Origin: Octopus bimaculoides
Taxonomy: Eukaryota
Length of the DNA stretch: 53,465 nucleotides
Direction: 5' to 3'
Assembly: GCF_001194135.2 (NCBI RefSeq)
Contig: NC_068982.1
Location: 58,349,993 to 58,403,457, forward strand
Part shown: piece after piece, positions 39,070 to 51,401 of the stretch
Position numbering within the stretch: the stretch's first letter is position 1
Layout of the letters: every line of letters begins with the position of its first letter
Made by a program: the position numbers and the translations under genes
The notes under the pieces: generated by a model
The model's database searches: none
What the model was told of the DNA's origin: nothing
The model's input: only the letters and a program-made list of their open reading frames with translations

Positions 39070-39275
39070 TGACAGGTTTATGATTGAACCAGTGGCAGTG
39101 GAGACCTTCGGTATTCTTGGCCCCAACCAACCATATCCCTGTTCACTGCTATTAGGGTGGAGATGGCTATCTGCAAGTGTGAGCTCTGTGAGTCAGAGGA
39201 ACTGTTTCAGCGTGTCTCCCTCATCCTCTTCTGGGACAATGCCTTTTTCATTTAGTCTGCTGGGACCATGAGGCA
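39070..39275 (+). mobile_element. 3' end of a CRE-like RLE LINE
   Basis: IEPVAVETFGILGP, then (frameshift) ELFQRVSLILFWDNAFSF, resembles FxPVAVET.GvlG...LFQRlSlA.vRGNA. Confidence 0.65.
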
Positions 39276-39625
39276 GTCTGAATTACAAAATAACAGCCAC
39301 AACATTTGTACATAGTTAAAAAGAAGGAAAAGGAGGAGGAGGAGGATGTAGTGGATGCAAACAATCACAATGGTGAAACATATGCAGGGAACAACTGGTA
39401 TAAATTGCATCTCATATTTATCATAATTTCTCTCTCTCTCACACACACACACACACATTCAGAATGCAAATGTAGAAGCATTTTAAAATATGTAAATAAG
39501 TTATTATTGACAATGTCTCTTGTAATGAATTATAATAGCTTATAATGACATTGGGTTAATAACCAACTAACTAGCCACCCATCCACTTATTCATCCATCC
39601 ACCCACCCACCCATACATACATAGA

Positions 39626-40541
39626 TATTGGGTCATCCCATAAATAATGTGTTCTTTTTATACTCTTTTTATTTTTCAAAATTAAGATAAACAAAGTTTG
39701 TTTTTTAATCTAAAATATACTCTTCTTCATTTTCTATGATGTTCTATCTAGTAGACGTGCAATGCCTCTCATCCAAAATTCACTTGTCTACAATGAAAAA
39801 TACTTCTCCAGTACTGTTGTCTATAGAATTTATATTTTTCTCCATTCAAATGATTTTGAAGACTGTGGAATAAATGATAATCAGATGGGGCAATGTCCAG
39901 CAAATATGATGGGTGGGGCATCGTTTCCCATTCAAACTGCACCAGCTTTTGGAATGTCATCCTTGCTGTATGTGGCTGAGCATTATCCTGATAGAAGAAC
40001 ACCTTTCATCTTGAAATCAAAGATGGTCGTTTTTCTTCTAACACAGGGGTCGATGAATGTTTGAACGACCAAATCCAAGCTTCTCTGCTTGTTCCTCAAC
40101 AGTTACAATGGGATTTTGTTCCACTAGGGTTTGCAGGATATCCTTGTCAAGCTCTATAGATCTTCCAGGATGAGGGTCATCTTCTCGGCTGTTGTTTCCA
40201 GTTCAAAATTTCTGGAACCACCGTTGACACTGGCTTACACTTATTGTCTGATCCCTATATACTGCATTAATATTCCTTGCACTTACCATTGCATTATTGC
40301 CTTTATTGAACTCATAAAGCAAAATATACTGAATATGCTCCTTTGTCACTTCCATTATAGCTTTGAAAAAATAACTGTTAAAATCAAACAGCACTCTTCA
40401 AAACTTGCACTAAGAATAAGGAATAGGTATAAATTGCTACCTGCTTTTATAGCAAGTTGATGCAGGTAGTTTATCCCGTCCCCCTCTGACTTTTAGTTCA
40501 TGTAATTGAAAAAACTGCATTATTTAAGAGATTACCCAATA
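39626..40541 (-). mobile_element. Internally deleted mariner with both TIRs
   Basis: TAttgggtcatcccataaataatg ... cattatttaagagattacccaaTA. MEVTKEHIQYILLYEFNKG...QCQRWFQKF; FYQDNAQPHTARMT; HPSYLLDIAPSDYHLF. Confidence 0.92.
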
Positions 40542-40553
40542 CATAAATACATA

Positions 40554-40950
40554 CTCTTTTTACTTGTTTCAGTCATTTGACTGCGGCCATGCTGGAGCAC
40601 CACCTTTAGTCAAGAAAATCGATCTCAGGACTTTTTCTTTGGAAGCCTAGTACTTATTCTATCGGTCTCTTTTGCCGAACTGCTAAGTTACGGGGATGTA
40701 AACAGACCAGCATTGGTTGTCAAGCGATGTTGGGGGGACAAACACAGACACATAAACACACATATATACATATACATACATATATACGACAGGCTTCTTT
40801 CAGTTTCCGTCTACCAAATCCACTCACAAGGCTTTGGTCGGCCCGAGGCTATAGTAGAAGACACTTGCCCAAGGTGCCACGCAGTGGGACTGAACCTGGA
40901 ACCATGTGGTTGGTAAGCAAGCTACTTACCGCACAGCCACTCCTGCGCCT
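40554..40950 (-). mobile_element. SINE family B, full length, young
   Basis: Complete, CpGs largely retained. Confidence 0.9.
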
Positions 40951-41069
40951 ACATATATACATACATACAAAGTCCAGGAAAAAGAGAATATTTATGGTGA
41001 ATTAATGCAGAACACACATTTTGTACCCTGACAATGAATTCTCATTTTTCCCTGTGATGATGAACCAAC

Positions 41070-41210
41070 AAATTTTCACAAAAACCTAGAAATACTCTTG
41101 TTCATGGAAAAAGAGCGAAAGAAACTGATGCAGATTCTCCAAATCCGAACTATTAGTGGTACAGTGAAGATTTCTGAGATATTCCAAAAATTGTCCATCT
41201 GAGATTCTAT
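41070..41210 (+). mobile_element. RLE LINE 3' end, same family as 31165-31420
   Basis: KNLEILLFMEKERKKLMQILQIRTISGTVKISEIFQKLSI* versus KNLEILDFAKKEQKKLTCILKIHSISSTMKICKTFQRFSI. Confidence 0.7.
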
Positions 41211-41375
41211 TATGAATAGATGCATACACTTGGGTGTATGCATTGACTGTTCAACCAACACAACCACATATTTACAAGCACCAAGAACTCTCTTAACTGA
41301 TAAAGTTTTGTTTCTTTGTTAGTGACAGGCTTTAACCCTCTTAAGAAGAACTTAAATAAAACTCAAAGAAAAATC

Positions 41376-41830
41376 ATGTGGCTGTGTGGTAAGAAGCTTG
41401 CTTCCCAACTACATGGTTCCAGGTTCAGTCCCACGGCATGGAACCTTGGGCAAGTGTCTTCTACTATAGGCTCAGGCCGACCAAAGTCATGTGAGTGGAT
41501 TTGGTAGACTGAAACTGAAAGAAGCCCATCATATATATGTGTATATATATATATATATATGCGTGTGTGTATATATATATATATATATGCATATATATGT
41601 GTGTGTGTGTATATATATATGTATATATGTTTGTGTGTCTGTGTTTGTACCCCACACTATTGCTTGACAACCAATGTTGGTGTTTCTGTCCCTGTAACAT
41701 AGCAGTTTAACAAAAGAGAACGATGGAATAAGTACTAGGCTTACAAAGAATAAGTCCTGGATTCGATCTGTTTGACTAAAGGCAGTGCTCCAGCATGGCC
41801 ACAGTCAAATGACTGAAACAAGTAAAAGAA
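41376..41830 (+). mobile_element. SINE family B, full length
   Basis: Head, internal (TA)n/(TG)n and tail. Confidence 0.88.
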
Positions 41831-42000
41831 TACATACATACACACATTCATTCATTCATTTATTCATTCCTTCAATCATAAAGGAGAAAAGCTGCCTGTG
41901 GAATATGAACCATGCATCTTCTGTAATCCAAAGAGATACATTGCCAGTAGCCTCCTGTCTTACTTCCATCATATTAAATACTTTAATCTAAACCAATTAC

Positions 42001-42386
42001 TCTTTTATTCATTTCAGTCATTTGACTGCGGCCATGCTGGAGCACCGCCTTTAGTTGAACAAATCGACCCCAGGATTTATTCTTTGTAATCCCAGTACTT
42101 ATTCTATAGGACTCTTTTGCCGAACCGCTAGGTTACAGGGACGTAAACACACCAACACCGGTTGTCAAGTGATGGTAGGAGGACAAAACCATACACAAAT
42201 GCACACACACACACACACACACACATATACGACGGGCTTCTTTCAGTTTCCAAATCCACTCAAAATGCTTTGGTCGGCCCGGGGCTATAATAGATGACAC
42301 TTGCACAAGGTACCACTCAGTGGGAATGAACCCGAAAGCATGTGGTTGGGAAGCAAGCTACTTACCACACAGCCACGCCTTCGCCT
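42001..42386 (-). mobile_element. SINE family B, full length
   Basis: Tail, (CA)n and head ending cgcct. Its sequence supplies the spurious N-terminus of ORF 42320..42790. Confidence 0.88.
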
Positions 42387-42399
42387 ATATATATAAAAT

Positions 42400-42985
42400 T
42401 TCTGTTATGGGTAAGTTACTTGAGGTTGTCGACTCGTTCATCTACCTTGGAAGCCCTGTACAAAATGATGGAAGTCTTGATACAGAAATACAGCTGCAAA
42501 TTCAAAGGGCAGCAAAAGCATTTGGTGGCTTGGAGTCACGCGTTTGGTGCCAGCGACATATGAATAAGAATACAAAGCTGGCTCTTTACAAATCATTTGT
42601 CTTAACATCCCTGTTGTATTCTTGTGAAACATGGACTTGTTGTGAAAGACATTTTAAATTGTTAGAACAATTCCACCAAAAATGCCTTCATCGCATTTTA
42701 AACATTAAATGGAGTTCTTTTAATCCAAACACAGATGTCCTTACACCTGCAGGCATCACCTCAATTAAAGCTATGATTTTGAGGAACTAAATGAGATACT
42801 GTGTCCATATTGTTCGAATGGCGGATGAACGCATACCGAAACAGCTATTTTATGGTGAGCATGCAGAGGGAAACGCTTTCGGTGTAAACCTAAAAAAAGG
42901 TTTAAGGACGTCATAAGGACTACAATGAAGTCACTTGGAATGGATCCAGAAGACATAGAAACCATTGCTTCGGATCGAGCTGGCA
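42400..42985 (+). mobile_element. RTE-clade LINE, RT C-terminal/thumb region, 5'-truncated
   Basis: LEVVDSFIYLGS...KAFGGLESRVW...TKLALYKSFVLTSLLYSCETW...FHQKCLHRILNIKW...HIVRMADERIPKQLFYGE. Confidence 0.92.
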
Positions 42986-43491
42986 TTAATTTCTCTTTCC
43001 TCTCACATTTTGGTGCTATGGCAGAAAATGTATGGAACTAACAGCCAAACGTGTGACGCTTGACTTGGGCTTTTATACAGGGAGATATATGAAGATAGAA
43101 AGAAATAGACAGGCGGACAGATGGATATACAGATCAATAGGTATAAATGAACAGTAGATAGAAAAGAAAGAAATTCTTTTCAATTTACTATCATACTATC
43201 ATATATATATATATATATATATTTAGGTATGATGGTGCAAACAGGAAATATAGAACTCAATACAGGATTAAATGTGTACTTTTTATTAGTATTTAGTAGA
43301 GTGAATTAAGGCCGAGAGTTTTGTGAGTTGGCACACGTCGCACGCGCACAAACATACGTATGTATGTATATCAATATACATACACATGCATATGCACAAA
43401 TATACATAGAAACTTATATGCACACATATATGCATGCACATGCATATATACATATATACATGCATATATATATATAATATATATATATATT

Positions 43492-43550
<59 letters not shown>

Positions 43551-44064
43551 CATAAGTATAACAAGCTAGATAGATTGATAACGAGATAACTAGATAGATA
43601 GATAGCTAGATAGATAGCTAGATAGACGGGTAGATGGATAGATAGACAGATAAACAAATAGATAAAGATAAAGAGAGCGAATGATGTGACCAATCAATAA
43701 ACCGATGTATTGATTTCTGTTCGTTCACTAAAATCCATGAAGTTTTTCGCACCTTATCTCTGAGATGCTTCATCGAATCCAATCAGATTGATGTATAAGA
43801 TTTTTACAGCCACCCGACACCGCATTTTTTCGTTTCATTCCCATACTTCTATGCCAATCAAACTTCTAAATAGTTTTTCTAGTTTATTCTTCCTTCAGCA
43901 TTTCCAGTCTCCGTCCTTCTTTCTGTTTCGCTTCGCTGCCCTTAAGATTTATAGCTTCACAGATTCATTATTGTGTGCGTTCCATATTGAGACCGGTTTT
44001 CCATTCTTGTTTCTGCAAGTTTATGTAGACACACACACACACACACGCACACACACACACACAC

Positions 44065-44109
<45 letters not shown>

Positions 44110-44709
44110 NNNNNNNNNNNNNNNNNNNNNNNNNNNNNNNNNNNNNNNNNNNNNNNNNNNNNNNNNNNNNNNNNNNNNNNNNNNNNNNNNNNNNNNNNNN
44201 NNNNNNNNNNNNNNNNNNNNNNNNNNNNNNNNNNNNNNNNNNNNNNNNNNNNNNNNNNNNNNNNNNNNNNNNNNNNNNNNNNNNNNNNNNNNNNNNNNNN
44301 NNNNNNNNNNNNNNNNNNNNNNNNNNNNNNNNNNNNNNNNNNNNNNNNNNNNNNNNNNNNNNNNNNNNNNNNNNNNNNNNNNNNNNNNNNNNNNNNNNNN
44401 NNNNNNNNNNNNNNNNNNNNNNNNNNNNNNNNNNNNNNNNNNNNNNNNNNNNNNNNNNNNNNNNNNNNNNNNNNNNNNNNNNNNNNNNNNNNNNNNNNNN
44501 NNNNNNNNNNNNNNNNNNNNNNNNNNNNNNNNNNNNNNNNNNNNNNNNNNNNNNNNNNNNNNNNNNNNNNNNNNNNNNNNNNNNNNNNNNNNNNNNNNNN
44601 NNNNNNNNNNNNNNNNNNNNNNNNNNNNNNNNNNNNNNNNNNNNNNNNNNNNNNNNNNNNNNNNNNNNATATGTATGTATGCATGCATGTATATGTGTGT
44701 GTGTATATG

Positions 44710-44746
<37 letters not shown>

Positions 44747-44868
44747 ATGTGTGTGTGAACACATATGTATGCTGTTATTAGTATGTCATCATTATGCTAT
44801 CATATGTAATTCTTTCATCATTACACTGTTCAAAAACAAAGAGGAAAAGTAAGATTGCTCAAAATTCC

Positions 44869-44887
44869 GGGTGGGGGAGGGGGCGGG
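44869..44887 (+). promoter_or_regulatory. G-quadruplex-forming motif containing a GC box
   Basis: GGG-T-GGGGG-A-GGGGG-C-GGG; includes GGGGCGGG. Confidence 0.5.
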
Positions 44888-44906
44888 TCACCCTACTTTC
44901 CATTGC

Positions 44907-45058
44907 AGGAAAAGTTCTAGCCGAAAGGCAAAAGAGAGACCGATAGAATAAGTACTAGGCTTACAAAGAATAAGTCCTGGGGTCGATTTCCGCGACTAAA
45001 GGCGGTGCTCCAGCATGGCCTCAGTCAAATGACTGACACAAGTAAACGAGTAAAAGAA
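44907..45058 (+). mobile_element. SINE family B, 3' tail
   Basis: gagaccgatagaataagtactaggcttacaaagaataagtcctggggtcg... Confidence 0.85.
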
Positions 45059-45059
45059 T

Positions 45060-45500
45060 TCGTAATTAGAATTTCTTCACATGTGCTACGCCGCAGTTTG
45101 TGACATTGTCTTACACTACGCAAAGTTTCACTGACGTGGTAACGACGGAGACGTTGTCATCTTTGTGATACAGCCATATTTTCCGAAAAAGGGCTGATTA
45201 TCGTCCAATGATAGTGGAAGTTCATTGCTTTGCGTCAGTTCTGTTCCCATGATGCAACCTCTGTTTGAACGACTGCTGGTAGACACTCTATTACTGTGAC
45301 CATTATTATACAAAACAGTACCAAACTAACTGGTCGGAAGTGAACGACAGCGCATGAAGTGGAGTTCTAGCGTGGCTCAGCCGAAGGTTCAACAGCTAGC
45401 CGGAACGTTAGTACTGAAATACACTTCATCTGATAAATCAACTCAGCATAGAGCTTCAAGTACTGGTGAAGTAGTCATTTTAAACTGCAACGTCATACAA
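45060..45500. promoter_or_regulatory. Candidate CpG-rich promoter region
   Basis: About 20 CpG in 440 bp (hand count). TGACGTGG at 45132, YY1-like GCCATATTT at about 45173, ETS-like TCGGAAGTG at 45334, CCGGAA at 45400. Confidence 0.4.
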
Positions 45501-45530
45501 AATATTTAATATTCTACTAGATGGATAGAG

Positions 45531-45606
<76 letters not shown>

Positions 45607-45687
45607 ATTCCATGTGTACGTATGTCTATCTGTGTGTCTGTCTATGTATCAAGACTATCTATGCAAATATATACGTACATAACTACA

Positions 45688-45727
<40 letters not shown>

Positions 45728-46041
45728 NNNNNNNNNNNNNNNNNNNNNNNNNNNNNNNNNNNNNNNNNNNNNNNNNNNNNNNNNNNNNNNNNNNNNNNNN
45801 NNNNNNNNNNNNNNNNNNNNNNNNNNNNNNNNNNNNNNNNNNNNNNNNNNNNNNNNNNNNNNNNNNNNNNNNNNNNNNNNNNNNNNNNNNNNNNNNNNNN
45901 NNNNNNNNNNNNNNNNNNNNNNNNNNNNNNNNNNNNNNNNNNNNNNNNNNNNNNNNNNNNNNNNNNNNNNNNNNNNNNNNNNNNNNNNNNNNNNNNNNNN
46001 NNNNNNNNNNNNNNNNNNNNNNNNNNNNNNNNNNNNNNNNN

Positions 46042-46087
<46 letters not shown>

Positions 46088-46650
46088 TCACACTAGCACG
46101 ACCAAATGCACACATATACACACATATAATTTTACGCATAGAGATATACATACAGACATACATACACACACATATATATTTATTAAGATCTATATCCGTC
46201 AGATACAATGAAGTTTAGCAGGCGTTGCGACAATACAATATGGCGGAAATGATTGCAGGAAACACATGTCACATGGCCACATGTCTAACAGTGACCGTAA
46301 ATAAGTAGACTGCAAAGTTATTAGACCTATCTCTACATCTGTACATAGTGTACGGAAGACATAAGATTGTGATGTATAGTTGTCTGCTGACTACCCACAG
46401 AATAACTGCCATGCGTAGACATAAGTAGCCATAGATATCTGCGCGCGCGTGCGTAGGCCTGTATGTATGTATATATGTATCTATGCTTGTATGTATGTAT
46501 ATATATGTATATATATGTATATGTATATATATTATATCTAAATGTATATAGATGCCGATATATAGACATATGGTCATATCGACAATTCTATACATATATA
46601 TGCGTGTAACTATACACACATACACATATGTATGTATGTATGTATGTATG

Positions 46651-46692
<42 letters not shown>

Positions 46693-47149
46693 CCTATCTC
46701 TGCCTTTGTCTGTCTGTCTCTATATATGTGTTTATACATGCATATATATATATATATATACATAATACATACATACATACATATATACATATATATGTGT
46801 GTGTGTGCGTGTTTGTGTGTGTGTGTGCGTGCGTGCGTGTGTGTATACACACACATAAAGCTTGTTCGTATGTCCGTGTGTCCTACCGTTTCCTTCCAAT
46901 ATACCATAATGTGCATTAACGGACCAAACGAGACATATTTCCTACTTTCCTCTCTGGGACATATTTCAATATGACATACCTTTCCATTAGACATAGTTAA
47001 TAACAAATGTTTTTTGTTCAGGAATGACCGAAGCACACAACATCATGATAAGCATAAAGCTTCCGCCGAGAAATCATAACTTACATCAAACACAAAGTAG
47101 TTTATTTGGGAAGTTGTGTGACACCGCCAACTACTGGTTATAGTCAACC

Positions 47150-47374
47150 GTGGAGGCGCAATGGCCCAGTGGTTAGGGCAGCGGACTCGCGGTTTCGATT
47201 CCCAGACCGGGCGTTGTGAGTGTTTATTGAGCGGAAACACCTAAAAATCCACAAGGCTCCGGCAGAGGGTGGTGGCGAACCCTGCTGTACTCTTTCACCA
47301 TAACTTTCTCTCAATCTTTCTTCCTGTTTCTGTTATACCTGTATTTCAAAGGAGCCAGCCTTGTCACACTCTGT
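47150..47374 (+). mobile_element. Family E SINE running into a gap
   Basis: gtggaggcgcaatggcccagtggttagggcagcggactcgcggtttcgattcccaga matches 18008-18385. Confidence 0.9.
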
Positions 47375-48231
47375 NNNNNNNNNNNNNNNNNNNNNNNNNN
47401 NNNNNNNNNNNNNNNNNNNNNNNNNNNNNNNNNNNNNNNNNNNNNNNNNNNNNNNNNNNNNNNNNNNNNNNNNNNNNNNNNNNNNNNNNNNNNNNNNNNN
47501 NNNNNNNNNNNNNNNNNNNNNNNNNNNNNNNNNNNNNNNNNNNNNNNNNNNNNNNNNNNNNNNNNNNNNNNNNNNNNNNNNNNNNNNNNNNNNNNNNNNN
47601 NNNNNNNNNNNNNNNNNNNNNNNNNNNNNNNNNNNNNNNNNNNNNNNNNNNNNNNNNNNNNNNNNNNNNNNNNNNNNNNNNNNNNNNNNNNNNNNNNNNN
47701 NNNNNNNNNNNNNNNNNNNNNNNNNNNNNNNNNNNNNNNNNNNNNNNNNNNNNNNNNNNNNNNNNNNNNNNNNNNNNNNNNNNNNNNNNNNNNNNNNNNN
47801 NNNNNNNNNNNNNNNNNNNNNNNNNNNNNNNNNNNNNNNNNNNNNNNNNNNNNNNNNNNNNNNNNNNNNNNNNNNNNNNNNNNNNNNNNNNNNNNNNNNN
47901 NNNNNNNNNNNNNNNNNNNNNNNNNNNNNNNNNNNNNNNNNNNNNNNNNNNNNNNNNNNNNNNNNNNNNNNNNNNNNNNNNNNNNNNNNNNNNNNNNNNN
48001 NNNNNNNNNNNNNNNNNNNNNNNNNNNNNNNNNNNNNNNNNNNNNNNNNNNNNNNNNNNNNNNNNNNNNNNNNNNNNNNNNNNNNNNNNNNNNNNNNNNN
48101 NNNNNNNNNNNNNNNNNNNNNNNNNNNNNNNNNNNNNNNNNNNNNNNNNNNNNNNNNNNNNNNNNNNNNNNNNNNNNNNNNNNNNNNNNNNNNNNNNNNN
48201 NNNNNNNNNNNNNNNNNNNNNNNNNNNNNNN

Positions 48232-48342
48232 TCAACCCCCGTACATATTTTTCAAAGTTTGTTACTTATGTTTTATTGGTCTTTTGCTGAACTGTTAAGC
48301 TAAGAGGGCGCAATCAAACCAACACCGGTTGTCGAGTGGTGG

Positions 48343-48400
<58 letters not shown>

Positions 48401-48577
48401 TTATCACAAATTTATATACCACAGGCTTCTTTCAGTTTCCGTCTGCCAAATCTACTCGCAAGGCTTTGCTGGCCCGAGGTTAGAGTAGAAGACACTTGCC
48501 CAAGGTGCCACGCAGTGGGTCTGAACCTGGAATCATGTGGTTGGTAAGCAAGCTTCTCGCCAAACAACCACACCTGC
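48232..48577 (-). mobile_element. SINE family B
   Basis: Family B motifs around (CA)n. Confidence 0.8.
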
Positions 48578-48967
48578 TTTCTGGTAAAATTTGAAACAGG
48601 TACAACAAGATCAAGGAGGACAACAATAACGGCATCATTTGTGACGCCAAGCTATAAAATAGTTGAACGAAATTCCATCAGAGGAAAAAAACATTAGGCT
48701 CCAGCCAATGGGAGCGTTACAATTGAACAGAATACAGGTATAACAAAACAGAATGTGTAGGAATGTCGAACAACAATACAACAGAATGACAGAATTGAAT
48801 AAGAGAACGTCGTAAAAATGATAATTTGCAACAATATAACAGAAAAGTAGATTTGGGTTATTGAAAAATGAATTATAAAAACTACAAGGATGAGTAATTC
48901 AATCAGCGGCTATTGATTAACAGAGTTATCGAATGTTATAGAATATCTCTTACCTGTCTGTCCGACC

Positions 48968-49048
<81 letters not shown>

Positions 49049-49134
49049 CGTTTGCCTGTCTATCTGTATACATGCATACATACTTATATACATACACAAA
49101 TACATACATAGATATATAAATATATATATATACC

Positions 49135-49170
<36 letters not shown>

Positions 49171-49264
49171 GTATCATATATATAAATACATATATTACAT
49201 ATCATATGTCTACATATAAATATATTCATATATATGTATTATATACATATTATATATATATATA

Positions 49265-49309
<45 letters not shown>

Positions 49310-49361
49310 CGTATTATATATATTACATATCATATATATATATATATATATATATTGCTTA

Positions 49362-49397
<36 letters not shown>

Positions 49398-49646
49398 NNN
49401 NNNNNNNNNNNNNNNNNNNNNNNNNNNNNNNNNNNNNNNNNNNNNNNNNNNNNNNNNNNNNNNNNNNNNNNNNNNNNNNNNNNNNNNNNNNNNNNNNNNN
49501 NNNNNNNNNNNNNNNNNNNNNNNNNNNNNNNNNNNNNNNNNNNNNNNNNNNNNNNNNNNNNNNNNNNNNNNNNNNNNNNNNNNNNNNNNNNNNNNNNNNN
49601 NNNNNNNNNNNNNNNNNNNNNNNATACATATATATATATATATACA

Positions 49647-49693
<47 letters not shown>

Positions 49694-50069
49694 ACATATA
49701 TATATATGCATATATATAATTATATTTTACACCAGTGTTTCACTCTCCTTATGGCTGCATGTTGTATTTTTATTATTCGATATATCTAAAAACTGAAGTA
49801 ATATCATGGTCGTCAAATAATGTTCTTTATATTATGGATATATGCATTTATGTATGTATGTATGTATGTATGTATGTATGCATTTCTTTCTCTCTATCTA
49901 TCCATATTAATCCAAGTATATAGTATTTTAGATCAATTTCGCCGATCTCACTAATCGGTTTCCCACTGGGTAATCGGATATTAGATAACAGCGCGGTTAA
50001 ATTACATCCCGTACTCTTCAGAGAAAGCAGGTATGGAAAATAAAAAATTACAGAACCTGCAATAGGTAT

Positions 50070-50790
50070 ATACAGAGTGCGATGACTAATCTGTCGTCTA
50101 AATTACACAAAAATGAAAATAACACTGACGTCCCATTTTAATAGAGATATTTACCAATATTATGTAAAAATATCTTGAAATGCTAACGAGTAAATTTATT
50201 CAATAAAGTCGCCATTGGCTTCAACCACGGCCTCCAGACGACTTCGGAATCTCCAGCAACTCTTCTCGATGGTCTTCTTTAAGTTGGTGAATGCTGCCAT
50301 AATCCTTGCCTTCAGTTCATTTTTGGTGTTACGAGGAGTTTTGTTGGTCACTCGTTCACGTGCGTCCCACACATAATAATCAAGGGGTTGCAGTCTGGGG
50401 AGTAAGGTGTGGCCAGATGTTAGGGGTGATGTGGTCGCAGACATTGTCTGACAGCCATGACTGGGTTCTCCTGCTTGTGTGGCATGGTGCAGAGTCCTGT
50501 TGCCAGACAGGGTCTTCCAGCAGCCACCCTCTTGACCCAGGGCAACACTACCTCCTCCAGGCACTTGATGTAGGCCTCTATGTTGCGTGTGAAGCTGTGT
50601 GAGAAGATGAATGGAGGCATAACACTAATGATCACTCCAAACAACATGATGTCGACTGGATGTTTGATTTTCATCACTCTCAGTACATGTGCTCAGATTA
50701 CACAATTCTCAGATTGACACGCAAGCACTCTGAAATGTTCGTATTGGAGCTTCCAGCGCAAATACCAAGCAGTACATCATGTCGTTTCCA
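50070..50790 (-). mobile_element. Tc1/mariner superfamily transposase remnant (maT/DD37D-like)
   Basis: KHPVDIMLFGVI...YIKCLEEVVLPW; W..YSPDCN/PLDYYVW; ELKARIMAAF...RFRSRLEAVVEANGDFIE, with frameshifts. Confidence 0.85.
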
Positions 50791-50984
50791 AATTTATATA
50801 TATATATATATTTCTTTATTGTCCACAGGGGGTTAAATATAGAGGGGACAAACAAGGACAGACAAAGGGATTAAGTCGATTACATGGACTCCAGCGCGTA
50901 ACCGAAAGGTTGAAAGGCAAAGTCGACCTCGGCGGAATTTGAACTGGGAACGTAGAAATACCGCTAAGCATTTCGCCCGGCGCA

Positions 50985-51140
50985 GACGTGACTGTGTGGT
51001 AAAAATCTTGCTTTACAACCACTTGGTTCCGGGTTCAGTCCCACTGCGTGGCTCCTTGGGTAAGTGTTTTCTGCTATAGCCTCAGGCCGACCTAGGCCTT
51101 GTGAGTGGATTTGGTAGACGGAAACTGAAAGAAGCCCGTC

Positions 51141-51177
<37 letters not shown>

Positions 51178-51401
51178 TGTGTGTGTGTGTGTGTGTGTGT
51201 GTCTTTGTGTCTGTGTTTGTCGCCCCACCTTCGCTTGGCAACCGATATTGGTGTGTTTACGTCCCCGTAACCTAGCGGTTCGGCAAAATGGACTGATAAA
51301 ATAAATACTAGGCTTACAAAGAGTAAGTCCTGGGGTCGATTTGTTCGACTAAAAGTGGTGTCCAGCATGGCCGCTGTCAAATGACTGAAAGAAGTAAGAG
51401 A
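50985..51401 (+). mobile_element. SINE family B, near full length, abutting a minus-strand family C copy head-to-head
   Basis: gtgactgtgtggtaa...gaagcccgtcgta(TA)n(TG)n...gactgaaagaagtaagag. Confidence 0.88.

Noticed and set aside
43010-43085. Minus-strand TATAAAAG followed by a GTGAGA donor as a first exon
   Set aside because: Spacing to the nearest initiator-like TTAGTT is about 38 nt rather than about 30, and TATA-like words are common at this AT content.
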